Positions 16,251 to 29,240 of a stretch of 64,000 bases of DNA are shown here, in pieces. The stretch is from the human T2T-CHM13v2.0 reference genome, Homo sapiens. The stretch lies in NCBI RefSeq assembly GCF_009914755.1, contig NC_060925.1, one strand, 5' to 3'. How positions within the stretch are numbered: the stretch's first letter is position 1; every line of letters starts with the position of its first letter. The notes below the pieces were generated by a model. It ran no database searches. It was given only the letters and a program-made list of their open reading frames with translations, and was not told the DNA's origin. A program made the position numbers and the translations under genes.

Positions 16251-17815
16251 TTAACTCACTGTCTTACTCTTTTCCCCCGTTACATGATTTCCAAAATCAT
16301 ATTTAATAATTGTATAACCCAATACTTTTATATACAGTTCAACAACCGTTTCTTTAAATGATCTTTAAAAAGTTTTTGGTTACTTCCCTTAAGATAGGTT
16401 TCCAGAAGTAGAATTATTAGGCCAAAAGGAATCTATGTTCTAATTATTTTTGAACATTCCATATTGCTAATATGCCAAATTTGAATACTGCTTAATTGCT
16501 TTTTAAAAAACTTATATTCCCAAAATGGATGCATGAGAATATTAGTGTTATTTTTCCTTTCTAGGACTAGAAAATAAGTATTTAAAATATTTTAATATCA
16601 ATTATTTTAATAACAGTATCATTTAAATTCACTAGTGAAATTAAACTTTTTTGTTATTAATTCTGCTTTCTCTTTTGTGAGGTACCTATATTTGTCCTTT
16701 GGGAAGTAGTAATTAAACTATTATTTGTAATGGTCAAATATAGCCATAAAGAACATAGCTCAGAGGCTTGGTCTCTTTCTGTATTTTACAAGGAAAAAAT
16801 ATACTGAACTAACAGAAATGAGATTTAAAATTGATTTACAATTAAGGTAAGGATTTTTATGAATGGTAAAGAGACAAATATTTTATTGGTGATAATTCTT
16901 GACTTCTGCTTTTTGGATTTATTCACACTCCAACATAGGCTGACAGATTTTTAAAAAGTATTTTTAAATTCAGTAGTTGGTATTTAGACTTCAGTATTAA
17001 GATATGTCTTATATGTTGCATGGTGAAAGTACATCACATGTTTACTCTGTGATCCTAACCTCTCAGGGCATTAGTTTTCTAATTTATAAAGCTGCAATAT
17101 ATAATAATATATTGTATAATAATATGTAGTGATACTCCCATCGTTCTTGCAATGATTCATACGTAATACCTAATGTGACTTCTGGCATAGTGTAGAGAAA
17201 TTGCTACTGCCTTCATTAGCAAGATAAAGTATATATAATTTAAGGGTTCTAAAGTCCTCTAGTGGTAAACTCATTTATGGTTATCTCAAGTTCTGTGATT
17301 AGAAGTTCCTTTCTTTGTTAGAGGGGGGCATCCATTAGACAAGGCAATTAATTAAGACAATATTTCTGCAAGTATGTTCCTCAGAATGCTGGCTCTTTGG
17401 GATGTTAGAAAGTAATTATGATGGTGGAATAGTGAAGGGTGGAGAGATAAGGGAAGGAATTCTTGGTCAAGTAAGTTTGGGATATCCTGTGCCAAACAAA
17501 TATAAACAGGGTTCTTTACTGAAGCCCTTCCAAGTCTTTGTTATAATATTCAACTTATCAGAGGCTGTTTGTTTGCTCGTTTATTTTATCTAAAGCATTG
17601 GAAAGTCCTTTTTCTCTGAAAACATGCTGTGGAAAATGCTGCTTTAAGATAGCCATCATTTTATCCTCTTATTTTAGGTCCCTTCTTAGGAAATGGCTTG
17701 AGGGAAGCAGTCAGCATATATCAGTGTAGCTCCTAGGGACCTGGAAAAGCTACCTGGATGGAAAACCAGACCACTGGGAGCACTGGCTCATGACTTTATC
17801 TGTTTGGTATTACAG

Positions 17816-17957
17816 CTCATGCCCAGACCTACGATTTAGTATGGCTCTGTGTGATCAGGAGAAGACTTTCAGACAACAGAGAAAAGAACACATAAGGGAG
17901 AGCATGAAGAAACTCTTGGGTCCAAAGAATAGTGAAGGATTGCATTCTGCACGTGAT
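17816..17957 (+). CDS. PLA2G4A: cPLA2-alpha exon (~exon 7), SCPDLRFSMALCDQEK...HSARD
   Basis: tacag|C ... GAT|gtgagt; 142 bp, phase 2-0; lies within ORF 17790..18005. Confidence 0.96.
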
Positions 17958-18164
17958 GTGAGTTGGAAATTTTTCAAGTGTTACTATACTTTAATAATAA
18001 TTTAGCTTGGACAATTTCCCCAATAATTTTACCCAAATATGGCAATATTGAGATTGAGCATTATTCCTTTAGTTTTTTAAGGTAAGGTAAGTGATTTGTA
18101 AATGAAAACTCTTTGAGGAAGGTCATCACAAATGGTGCCCTAGCTGGTAATATTTATCAGCTAT

Positions 18165-19272
18165 AGTTTTTAGTTTTATTTTTACTTTATATTTTAGAGC
18201 AGTGTTAAGTTCACAATAAAATTGAGCCAAAAGCACAGAGAGTTCCAATATGCTTCTTCTCCCTGCACAACCTCCCAAGTTTAGTCAGGTTCTCCAGAGA
18301 AACAGAACCAAAAGATATACACAGTAGATATGAGGAGATTTATTATGAAGTTTGGCTCACATGATTATGGAGGCCAAGCAGTCCCACGATATGCTTTCTG
18401 CAAGCTGAAGAACCAGGAAAGCCCGTGGTGCAATTTAGTCCAAGACAAAGGTGCACCAGTGGAGTAACTCCCAGTCAGAGGCTGGGCAGTTGGAGGGGGA
18501 GGTGGGAGTCTTGAAGTCTGAAAGTAGGAGAACCCGGAGCAACAATGTCTAAAGGCAGGAGAAAAGGGATGTCTCAGTTCAAGGACAGAGAGACAATTGC
18601 CCACCTTCCACCTTTCTGTTCTCCTCAGGCCCTCCAAGGATGGAATGATGTGCGCACCCATTGGCAAGGGTGGGTCTTTACTCAGTGTGCTGATTCACTT
18701 GTTTTTCTTTGGAAAACACCCTCATTAGCACCCCCAGAAAGAATGTTTTTCTAGTGATCTGAGTATCCTTTAGTCTGGTCAGGCTAATAAAGAAAATTAA
18801 CCATTATACTCCCTAACTATCAACATCCCACACCAGAGTGGTACATTTGTTACAATCAGTGAACCCACATTGACACATCATTATCATCCAAGTCCATAGT
18901 TTACGCTAGGCTCACTGTTGGTGGTCTACATTTTATGGGGTTTGGACAAATGTGTAATGACATGCATCCACCATTATAGTATCATACACAGTAGTTCACT
19001 GTCCTAGAAATCCTCTGTGCTCCACCTATCATCTCTCCTCCCTACCCCTGGACCACTGATACTTTTACTGTCTCCATAGCTTTGCCTTTTGTTAGTTTGC
19101 CTAATGTAGTATAGTTGGAATCATACAGTATGTAGCCTTTCCAGATAGGCTTCTTTCACTTAGTAATACGAATATAAGTTTCCTCCATGTCTTTTCATGG
19201 TTTGGATAGCACATTTCATTTTAGTACTAAATAATATTCCATTGTCTGGATGTACCACATTTTATTTACTTA
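18165..19272 (-). mobile_element. Old L1M 3' end, interrupted by an MLT2 LTR
   Basis: TTTTAGAGCAG...CACACCAGAGTGGTACATTTG; collinear with the uninterrupted copy at 58935-60080. Confidence 0.82.
18277..18808 (-). mobile_element. MLT2-family (ERVL) solo LTR
   Basis: TTAGTCAGGTTCTCCAGAGAAACAGAACC...AAAATTAACCAT; 5-bp TSD CTCCC (18272-18276, 18809-18813). Confidence 0.85.
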
Positions 19273-19274
19273 TT

Positions 19275-19432
19275 CATATATATGTATATTTATATATACA
19301 TATATATACATATATATGTATATATATACATAAGTATATATATATGTATACTTATATATATATGTATATATATATATACATATATATGTATCTAATATAA
19401 GTGTATGTATGTATTTGTATATAATATATATA
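19275..19432. repeat. Degenerate (TA)n tract (other STRs: GA 1128-1146, CA 12266-12291, ATT 38084-38115, GA 43802-43832, CA 61230-61266)
   Basis: Direct reading. Confidence 0.9.
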
Positions 19433-20640
19433 TAAGGCATACTTACGCATAAAGGAGTGTTGATTTTATCAATAGGAAAAGTTTAGCCTCAAATATAAAA
19501 GGATTAAAATTACTTAATTTAAATGTAGGCTAAAATTAAACTGTGGAAATCATCATTATCGAACAAGAAGAAAATGCCATAAATCTTGTTAATGATAATG
19601 GAATTAATAAATGCAGGCAAATGTGATGGGGAGAAAAAAGAAAATATTCCAAATTCTTTATATTTTGTAGTAGAGTTAAACAATATTTAAAATTGACCAA
19701 ATTGAAGGATCGTACTTTCAATATTTGTTTATAATATATTTGTATTCTATATTTCTCTATAATTAGGATTATAAAAATCATTAAGTTGAAGAAATGATTT
19801 ATAATCCTAATTATGGAGAAATACTGGAATATAAATATAAACAAATATTGAAAGTAAAATCCTTCAATTATAGTTTTTTTCTTTCCTTAAATTCCAGTAA
19901 AATGTAATATCCTTTATTACTCAATCATATATCTTAAAATCTACTTTTTGGCTATCTATCCATTCATTTATTTCATCTATGTATCCATCAATCACCTATC
20001 TAATCTGCTTATCTATTTCTCTCTTTATATATCTGTCCATCTTTCTATCTGAAATCTACAAAGATTAATTGCCACAATGATGCTCATCAAATGATAATGA
20101 AGTTTCTTGTTAGTGACGTATCAGGTAATTATTTACTTATTTATTTAGTTGAGCTTTCTTGTTAATTGAATATGTCAAATGAATATAATTTATTTTCATA
20201 AAAATAATATTTTAAATACATAAGTAAACATATATGTGCATAGTCTTGTACACTCTTGAATTATTTCTCGTAGGAATTAATTTCATTAAGTTTTTCATAA
20301 AATAATTTCATAAATAAATTAATTTCTTGGAATTCATTCTTGTAGGAATTTGAGATTATTGCAAATTAAGGGCAGGATACAGTTGGAAATGAGACATAAA
20401 TTCTGAGTAAGGGAGCCAAATGATCACCCCTGTCCCACATGTGGTTGCAGATTTGCAAATATGTTTTAGGTGGGGGTAGGGTTCAAAAGCCAACCTACTG
20501 ATGCTATAGTGACTTGTGTTGTTATGGGAGCAGACTCTAAGATGAGATGCTGCTTAAGGGGAATTTTTGCTTAAAGGAAACTAAGGAAACCTTCATTAAA
20601 GTTTATTTTAAAAAGAGAGGCTTCTCTTCAATCCTGCATC

Positions 20641-20940
20641 TTTTGTTTTGTTTTGTTTTTTTGTGTTTTTTTTTTGAGACAGGGTTTTGCTTTGTTGCCC
20701 AGGCAGGAGTGCAGTAGCACAATCATAGCTCACTGCATCATCAAACTCCTGGGCTTAAGTGATCCTCTTGCCTCAGTCTCCTAAGTAGCCAGGACTATGC
20801 GTGCATGCCACTACACCCAGAAAATTTATATATATATGTTTTTTTTCTTTCTAGAGATGGGGATCTTGCTATATTGCCCAGGTTGGTCTCAAACTCCTGA
20901 GCTCAAGCAACACTTCCACCTCTGCCTGCCAAAGTGCTAG
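20641..20940 (-). mobile_element. AluJ-like element, main part; its 5' ~34 bp resume at 29700-29733
   Basis: Ends CAAAGTGCTAG and continues CTGGGATTACAAGC...GCCTGGCC after the provirus. Confidence 0.9.
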
Positions 20941-21403
20941 TGTAGCAGGACAAGCCACAGACAAAAACCCCTCAGACACCGAGTTAAAGAAGGAAGGGGT
21001 TTGTTTGGCCGGGAGCATCGGCAAGACTCCTGTCTCAAGAGCCGAGCTCCCTGAGTGAGTAATTCCTATCCCTTTTAAGGGCTCACAACTCTAAGGGGGT
21101 CAGCTTGAGAGGGTCGTGATCATTTGAGCAAGCAGGGGTTACATGACTGGGGGCTGCATGCACCAGTAATTAGAACAGAACAGAATAGGACAGGGATTTT
21201 CACAGTGCTTTTCTATGCAATATCTGTAATCTATAGATAACATAACTGATTAGGTCAGGGGTTGATGTTTAACTACCAGGCCCAGGGTGTGGTGCTGGGC
21301 TGTCTGCTTGTGGATTTCATTTCTGCCTTTTAGTTTTTACTTCTTCTTTCTTTGGAGGTAGAAATTGGGCATAAGACAATATGAGGGGTGGTCTCCTCCC
21401 TTA
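20941..21403 (-). promoter_or_regulatory. HERV-E 3' LTR (LTR2 family)
   Basis: About 93% identical to 29241-29699 by hand alignment; preceded on the - strand by the purine tract AAATGGGGAGGATA; the poly(A) hexamer reads AACAAA (21000-21005). Confidence 0.93.
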
Positions 21404-21485
21404 TATCCTCCCCATTTGAGACTCTCACTCAATAGTGGGAGTTCTCACTTTCATTTTTACTACCCATGTCTTCTTGCAAGACGGA

Positions 21486-23506
21486 TCAATAGTGATTCAT
21501 ATAGTACACTTGTGCTGAAGCATTTTGGTGAACTAAAGTAGCGATGAAGCTTTTTATCATTTGAAGAAGTACAGGTAGCAAACAAGGGAGCAGTAAGCAG
21601 GTTCCTATTACTATTATAACTCTTATTATAAGAGTTTTAAATCCTCCTAGTGCTGGGAACCATTTTCCAAACATGGCCCCAGGATCAAATCCATGCCACA
21701 CTTGCACGGGCATGTGTGCCAGTTTTGTCATATCTCTAACTATGTCTTCAACTACTTGCCCTTGATCATCTATGTGTAGACAGCAATTAGTAAGGTTAAA
21801 TTTCCCACAGACCCCTCCTTCAGCTGCTAGCAAGTAGTCAAGGGCCAATCTATTTTGACAGATAGCATTTCTCATCTGAGTTTCTTGCCGGGCCAGAATA
21901 GTCAAGGCTCTGCCGGTTTTATTAGTGATTATTTCTAAGACAGCTTGTAACTGTATGATTCGGTTGATCATGTAAATGGGGGTCCAGTATCCCCACGAGC
22001 CAACTTGTGCCCAAGTAGCAGGCCCATAATATTGTATGATTCTCTCAGGGGGCCATTCATTATCTTTCTAATTTTTTATAGCTATGCTTCTCTTTTCACG
22101 GAAAGCATAGACAGGGAAGCCCAGGAATTTGCCTGTTTTTATGGGCAGTAGGAAGAAAGATGGTTTAATAGTTTCAATAACACAACTACCTGCCCACTGG
22201 TAGTTGTATTATTGGAAGCTGTATGCCCACATATCCAGTATAATGCCGTGGGGGCTGTCCAGTCCCAGTGGGACTCCGGGTGGGTCCACACGATTTGCAG
22301 CTTTGGAAATTTACTAAATGGATTCCTCTCTGTGTGATTTGAGCTCCACCAAGTGACTGTTTTTGTGGTACCATTATACAGTTTCTGTCCCAGACAACTA
22401 AGTCATCCTACGGGGTGAGTGAATTTTTTTCCTTCTCTAGCTATGCAATATTGTCCAGTAATTGAGGGTTTTAGGACCCAGAAATTATCAGGGTAATTCT
22501 TTTGAGCCAGGAATTCATCAGGAACTGGGTCTACAGGTACTAATTCTCGGGCTTTCCATGGCCATTGATATCCCGTTACGGTTCCTCCACAGACATAACA
22601 TGAAGTGACATTGAGAGGCTGGGCTACACACTCGGCTAGTTGCAAAAACAAATTTCTTGTTTTTCCTGGAATTTCTGGTACTGGCACATTTAGTTCATCA
22701 TAGAAAGTTTGAAACACTGGCTCAGGAGAGCGTTCGTAAACTTCTCCTCGAACCAAGATATTTACTCGAGGATCCAGTCTGGCCCTGTCGATTCCTAAGG
22801 TCACACGCTCCCCTTTTTTCCAGTGAGGATTAAGGGGATTGGTTATCACTAGCTCTAAGGGGTTACATTGTCCCTTAGTACAGGAAGGGTCATTCTTTCC
22901 TTTCTGAAGGTGGACTGGATCCTTTTCATTTTTTTATCCAAGTGGCCCAAATGACACAAGACCAGTATCCACATTCATTTCCACACAGTCCTAATTCATG
23001 ACAAATGTACTTATTTTTGGTCATATAGCCTTTTTCCCAACTAAAATGGCCACATCCCCTTCCTAGCTTATTGCTATTAATGATAGCACAGGCATCAAAT
23101 TTCAAGATTATGCGTTTGGGCACCCCTTTTTCTTCTGTTCTGGCTAATACTTTACTTGTATCATTTATGAGTCCCCACCAGTCTTCAGTCCTTAATCTTA
23201 TTTCAAAAACAGTGGACATGGGAGGCTCAGAGGGGTCATAACACACATCTGGTCTGTCGTTTCCTGGGCTACATACCTGTACTGAGTGTCATTATATAAA
23301 CATGTTCCTTTTAAAGTTCCTAGGCATTCATAGTAACTATAGAACAGAATAATTGTTTTAACTTGTTGCCCTACCTCGGTAACCTGATGTATACACTGAG
23401 AGCAGTCCTCCATGCAGGGAAAATCAGTGGAAGTGTCTACTATACAAGTCCAAATTATAAGGAAAATGAATCCCATGATAATTTTCCTCATGCTTCGGCT
23501 GTGCAT
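21486..23506 (-). pseudogene. env: HERV-E env, disrupted
   Basis: Signal peptide MRKIIMGFIFLIIW, CYVC, furin site REKR (~22089-22100), [22 protein letters not shown]6CC and TM helix; broken by frameshifts and stops. Confidence 0.92.
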
Positions 23507-23513
23507 AGACCAG

Positions 23514-26500
23514 TCAGCTTCTGGGTGTGACTGGAGCAGGGCTTGTCGTCCTCCTCAGAGTCACTTTGCAGGGGTTGTCCGGGCTCGGTTTTGCCTTCCA
23601 GGTTTCAGCGGCTGCAGGTTTCACACGGCTGTGGTGGATCCAGGGTGGGATTCCTTCTACCTTTACAGCTGTGGGGGTGTTCAGGATGATGGTCTGAGGT
23701 CCTTTCCACCGTGGCCGCAAAGGGGCTACATTCCAGTCCTTGATTCATACGCGATCACCTGGAGAGAAAGGGTGAACTGGGGAGAATAAGCTGATGGGAC
23801 ACCTCTCATTTACCCAAGTTGAGATTGTTTGTGTAATTTTTCCTAAAGCCTGTAGCTGTCGCTGTAATTCAATTCACCTAACTCTTGGGAAGTGCCTGGA
23901 AGCTCTCCTAGTATAGGAGGAGGCCTATGATACAGTATTTCTTAAGGGGAGTATCCTGTTTTCTTAGAAGGAGTGCATCTAATTTTAAACAATACCATAG
24001 GAAGGGCCTGTATCCACTTTAATCCTGTTTCCTGACATACTTTCCCTAAACTATTTTTGATAGTCCGATTCATTCGCTCCACCTTTCCGGAACTCTGAGG
24101 TCAGTAGGCGGTATGTAGCTTCCAAGTGATTCCTAATGCCTTTGCTGTCTTCCGTACCAAGTGAGCCACAAATGCCGGCCCGTTATCTGAGCTGATTCAT
24201 AAGGGCAGTCCAAACCTAGGAATAAGATCTTGGAGAAGCACATGGGTTACCTTGTAGGGCTTTTCAGTTCGTGTTGGATAAGCCTCCACCCACCCAGAGT
24301 AAGTACACGTAAGAACCAGCAAATACTTGTTACCTCCACATTTTGGCATTTCTGTGAAATCCACCTGAAGATCCTCAAAAGGAGCTGCTCCATAAGCTTG
24401 TATGTGGGGCGAAACAGTGGGGCTTTGCCTCGCATTGTGCTGTCGGCATGTAATGCACAGTTGTGCTACTGCTTTGGCAAAGGCTGGCAAGTGTGAGACG
24501 TAGAAGTACCGGCCTAACAATTCTTCAAGTGACTCTTGCCCTAGGTGAGTGGTTTCGTGCATGGCCAATACGACTGTGGCTCCCAGCAACTGCAGCACAG
24601 CTACCCTCCCATCTGGCAGTCTGATTCATCCTCCTTTTATTACTTGCCCCCTGTCTGGGTGGAAGAAGTCTTTTTCTTCCTTAGAATAGGTATGTACCAG
24701 GTCAGGTGTTTGAGGGAGTAAGGGGGCTGCTATCGATGCCCAGTAAGGGGTAGATGCTGCTTTTTGAGCTTCTGAATCAGGTCGAGAGTTTCTTAAGGCC
24801 ACTGAGGTGGAGGCTCGCTGGTGTCCCCTGCAGTGCATGACTGCCACCTTCTGAGGTTTCCACACTGCCTCTAATAATTGTAGAATTTACTGTTGATATT
24901 TTATGTCCTTTCCCCCAGAGTTTAACAGGCCCTTTTCCTTATATAATGCTCCATGCACTTGGAGGGTTAGAGAGGCATATCCAGAGTCAGTGTAGATGTT
25001 TACAGTCTTACCTTCACTGAGTTCTACAGCCCGAGTTAAAGCAATGAGCTCAGCCTTCTGGGCTGAAGTGCCCTGTAGCCACAGTTTGGCTTTAATGACA
25101 GCATCCAAAGTTACCACCGCATATCCTGCACATCTTTCTCCTTGTGAGTTGATGAAGCTGCTCCCGTCCATGTATAACTCCCAGTCTACTGATGATGCCC
25201 ATGGCTGGTCCCGAAGGTCAGGTCTGCTAGAATAGACTGAGTCCAACACCTCTACACAGTTATGCTCGCCCGGGCTCTCTGATACTGGGAGCAGGGTGGT
25301 GGGATTTAGGGTGTTACAGACTTCAATAGTTATGTGGGGATTTTCACATGGCAAGCTTTGGTACTTGGTTAATCTAGCATTTGTTAGCCAATGATGTCCT
25401 TCGGTAGTCATCAAAGTTACCACAGCATGGGGGGCCTTTATATTCAGGTTTTGCCCAAGGGTTAGTTTATCTGCTTCTTGTGCTAACAGGGCTGTTGCTG
25501 CCAGGGTCCTTAGACATAGTGGCCAGCCTTTGGAAACCCATCTAGTTGTTTTGAGAGATAGGCCACTGGCCTTGGCCAGGGCCCCACAGTCTGGGTTAAA
25601 ACTCCAACTGCCATTTTTTCTCTTTCTGACACATAGAGTGTAAAGGGCTTTGTCAAATCTGGTAGTCCTAGGGCTGGGGCCAACATAAGTTTTTCCTTTA
25701 ACTTACAAAAGGCTTGCTGTTGTAGAGGCCCCCATTCAAAAGGCTCCCAATCGCCCCTCTTTGTAACCCCGTACAAAGGTTTGGCTAAAACTGCAAAGTT
25801 TGGAATCCATAATCTGCAAAACCCCACAGCTCCTAGGAATTCCCCTACTTGCCTTCTGGTTCCAGGTTCCGGTAGGCTACAGATGACCTGCTTTCTTTCT
25901 GACCCCAGGCTGCGCTCCCCTTTCCGAATAGTGAATCCCAGGTAGCGTACCTGCTGTCTGCAGATATGAGCTTTCTTCTTGGACATCTTATACCTACAGT
26001 CCTCCAGGTGCTGAAGCAGGACATCCATCCCTTTTGCACACTCGACTGCCGTGGAGTGTCCCAGCAGAAGGTCGTCCACGTACAGGAGCAAGATGCAGCC
26101 TAGGTCTTTGGCAGGAAATTTTTGTAGGTCTCAAGCCACGGCCTCCCTGAACATAGTAGGGGAGTTCTTGAACCCTTGGGGAAGCCGGGTCCAAGTGTAC
26201 TGAGTAGTGACACCTGACTGCGGATCTTCCCACTGAAAGGCAAACAGCTTCTGGCTCTCAGGAGCTAGTCTGATGCTAAAGAAGGCATCTTTTAAGTCCA
26301 GACAGGTAAACCAGCTGTCCTCAGCCAGCAGCAGCCCTAACAATGTGTAAGGGTTAGGAACTGTTGGGTGCAAAGTCACTGTAGCTTGGTTGACCAAGCG
26401 CAAGTCCTGTACTGGCTGGTAGTCCTTGGTCCCTGGCTTAGGGACAGGCAGGAGGGGGGGTGTTCCATGGAGACTGGCAAGGAACTATAATTCCATAGGC

Positions 26501-27094
26501 TTTCAAGCACCTGCGATGAACCTGGATTCCTTTGAGAGCTTCTCTGGGAACCGGATACTGCTTTTGTCTAATTGGTTGGGCCCCAGGCTTAACGTCTATG
26601 AGCACGGGGGCTTGGTTGACCGCCAGTCCCGGAGGATTATCATTTGCCCATACTTGGGCCATTGCTTAGCTAGAGCTGGTTTTATCTCTTGGCCTGGCTC
26701 GGTTAGAAAAAGTCCCCTTTCTTCTTCCCAGGGGACTGACCATAAGAGCCATGATAATTCCTGTTCCTGGTAACTTTAGCTGTAAAGAGCCCTGTTTTGT
26801 AAAGGAGATGGTGGCTCTCAGCTTGCTAAGCAAGTCTCTTCCCAGCAAGGGCAAGGGACAGTCAGAAATACACAAGAACTGGTGAACTATCTCATGTCCC
26901 CCCACCAAGCAGGTCCGTGGTAGGCAGAAAGCCTGCTTAGTGGAAACTCCTGTTGCTCTGATTATATCAAAGGGGGCGACTGGGGTGGTCACTACTGAAT
27001 GTTCAGCACCAATATCGACCAAAAACTTAATGTCCTTGCCCCCAGTTGTAATCCTGACCGTGGGCTCCTTGGGGGCGCTTGAGCCCGGTCCCCT
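23514..27094 (-). pseudogene. pol: HERV-E pro-pol (PR, RT, RNase H, IN), multiply frameshifted
   Basis: FLVDIGA protease site; [16 protein letters not shown] and YVDD in RT; YMDGSS, AQKAELIAL and YTDS in RNase H; HETTH...CITC, QVDF and PRWKGP in integrase. Confidence 0.93.
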
Positions 27095-28692
27095 TCAGTC
27101 CAGTAGCCCTTCAGCCAGATTAAACAAAGCTCCCTCATCTTTATCTGAGGTCTTTTGTTCCGAATCACCTTGCTTTTCCTTCAGTTGGGGACACTTATCT
27201 TTCCAATGTCCTATTTCCTTACAGTAGGCGCATTGGTTAGGTTGCAAGCGTGGGTGATTAGACTGGGTATTCTTCCCAGAACCCCCCTTTTCCTCTCCTT
27301 TCAGGGGAATTCCCCTAAAGGCCGTGGCCAGTAAGTCGGCGTTTCGCCTAGCCTGGCATTCACCTTCTTTATGGCTTTCTCTGCGGCTTGTTGCATCTCT
27401 ATTCACAAATACTTGATTGGCTATTTCCAGTAACTGTGAGGTATTCATATGCGCAAACCCAGCCTGTTTCTGCAATTTTCTCCTGATATCTTCCGCGCTT
27501 TGACTAACTAAGGCCATGTTAATCATGTGCTGATTTTCAGGGCTATTTGGATCAAAAGGAGTGTACATAGGGTAAGCCTCACACAGTCTTTCATAGAATT
27601 GTGCTGGACTCTCCTCTTTTCCTTGGGTGACCTCAGAGACCTTATTTACATTTGTAGTCTTTTGAGCCCCTTTCTTTAGACCTTCTATTAATGCCTCACG
27701 GTACCGTCTTAGCCTTTCCATGTCTGGTCTCTTGTTCAGGTCCCATTGGGGGTCTGTTCCTGGCAGCTGAATTCTTACATATTCTTGGGGGTTTTGGTAA
27801 TCAGCTAGGACGTGCTCCTGTAGCCACTTAGTTGCCACCTGGAGCACCCTTTGCCTTTCATCTGTGTTTAAAAGTTACATGAGCAGCTAGTGGCAATCAG
27901 CACAAGTAGGATTATGAGTCTGTATAATAGTTTGGAGCAAGTCAATTAAAGCTTGAGGCTTTTCAGTGTAAGATGGAGTATTATTTTTCCAATTGAGGAG
28001 GTCAGCAGAGGTGAAAGGTTGATACACAAAGGCACGCCTTTCCACCATGTGTCTGTCCTCATCTACCCCAGTATATTGCTTCTCTCTCAGGGGCATTTGG
28101 ATTCCAGTCTTGGGCCATAAGCAAGCTGTCAACGGAGAAGTTTCTCCTGTGGCTTCACTTCCTCTTCTGTCTACTCTGTGTGATCTAGGGGTGTGGTTAT
28201 CTGGTGGAGGTGTAGGTGCTGTGGCCTCAGGAGTGGGGAGCCCTTCCTTTTGATAAGGAGGGGGTACTGCTGATACCAGTTCCTGCCATGATTCTTCTGG
28301 AGTTGGGTCGGACAGGACTTTTGGTCCCGACTTCCCTCGGTGGGTGGAGGGAGAACCTTCCTTAACTAACTGTCCCTTTGCTACTAGTACTGCTGCTGCC
28401 TGTCCTCTTGACCACTGTGGGGGGTCCAAAACTAGCTGTAGCCAATAATTTACATATGGGAACTCATCTGGGTGCCCTGACTTACAGGTTACCCTGTGCC
28501 ATACCTTTGACACAGGGACCTGTCCAGGCTTCCTTCTGATGGCCAACCCACCTCTAATGCTGGCCAGTCTATCTCACAGAAAGTTTTAAGTTTTCCTGTT
28601 GTTATAGTGACTCCATAGTCTCCTTTAAATCCCTTTTTGAAATTTTTCCACATAGTTCCTAGTGGGGTGGGCTTACTTTGTGCCTGACCTGT
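27095..28692 (-). pseudogene. gag: HERV-E gag, disrupted
   Basis: MA-like GQAQSKPTPLG with the expected ATG reading ACA; PPPY late motif; YQPF..DLLNWK capsid start; MHR QGKEESPAQFYERL; one CCHC knuckle CAYCKEIGHWKDKC. Split across ORFs 28489-28770, 27887-28546 and 27095-27847. Confidence 0.92.
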
Positions 28693-29217
28693 GTTTCCTC
28701 GAGACAAAAGACCATGCTCACACCACACACACATCACAAAACAAAGAACGGGTAAAAAGGGCACACACACACTTTTACAGTTTACACCAAACCAGAATCA
28801 AAACCAAAATCAGAGTATCAAGAAATCCAAGTCAGGTCAAAACCAGACCCAAAGTATCAAGCAATCCAAGTCAAGTTGAAAACAAAAACCAAAGTGCCGG
28901 TACAGGCATGCCGTGGGTGATCAGGCCATGCTTCCACTCAAATGGAGTGGGCAAGTTCCAAAGACTAGTCTTACCAAGTTTCAGTTGTCCAGACTCCAAG
29001 TGCCAGTTCCTTCCTGGTGTTCAGCCACTGTGTTGATCCTTCACGGGGGCCTGCCACGCGCTGCTCTGGTGAGGCATTCCACTGGGGCAGTTGCCTACCT
29101 AGGAGTGCTCTCAGGATCTGCTTTGCTCAAGCTGGCCAGAGTCCCCTGCAGGGATGCTCCACAGGGCAGGCCTAAGCCACCTAAGGAGCTGCCTCGACCG
29201 TCTGTTAATCACCTTGC

Positions 29218-29235
29218 TTCCCAGTCAGGGAACCA
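29218..29235 (-). other. Primer binding site, tRNA-Glu
   Basis: TGGTTCCCTGACTGGGAA, 5 nt after the 5' LTR; 17/18 match to the complement of the recalled tRNA-Glu(CTC) 3' end. Confidence 0.9.
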
Positions 29236-29240
29236 AGAAA

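Noticed and set aside
29218-29235. tRNA gene
   Set aside because: Only the 18-nt 3'-end match is present; it is the PBS.
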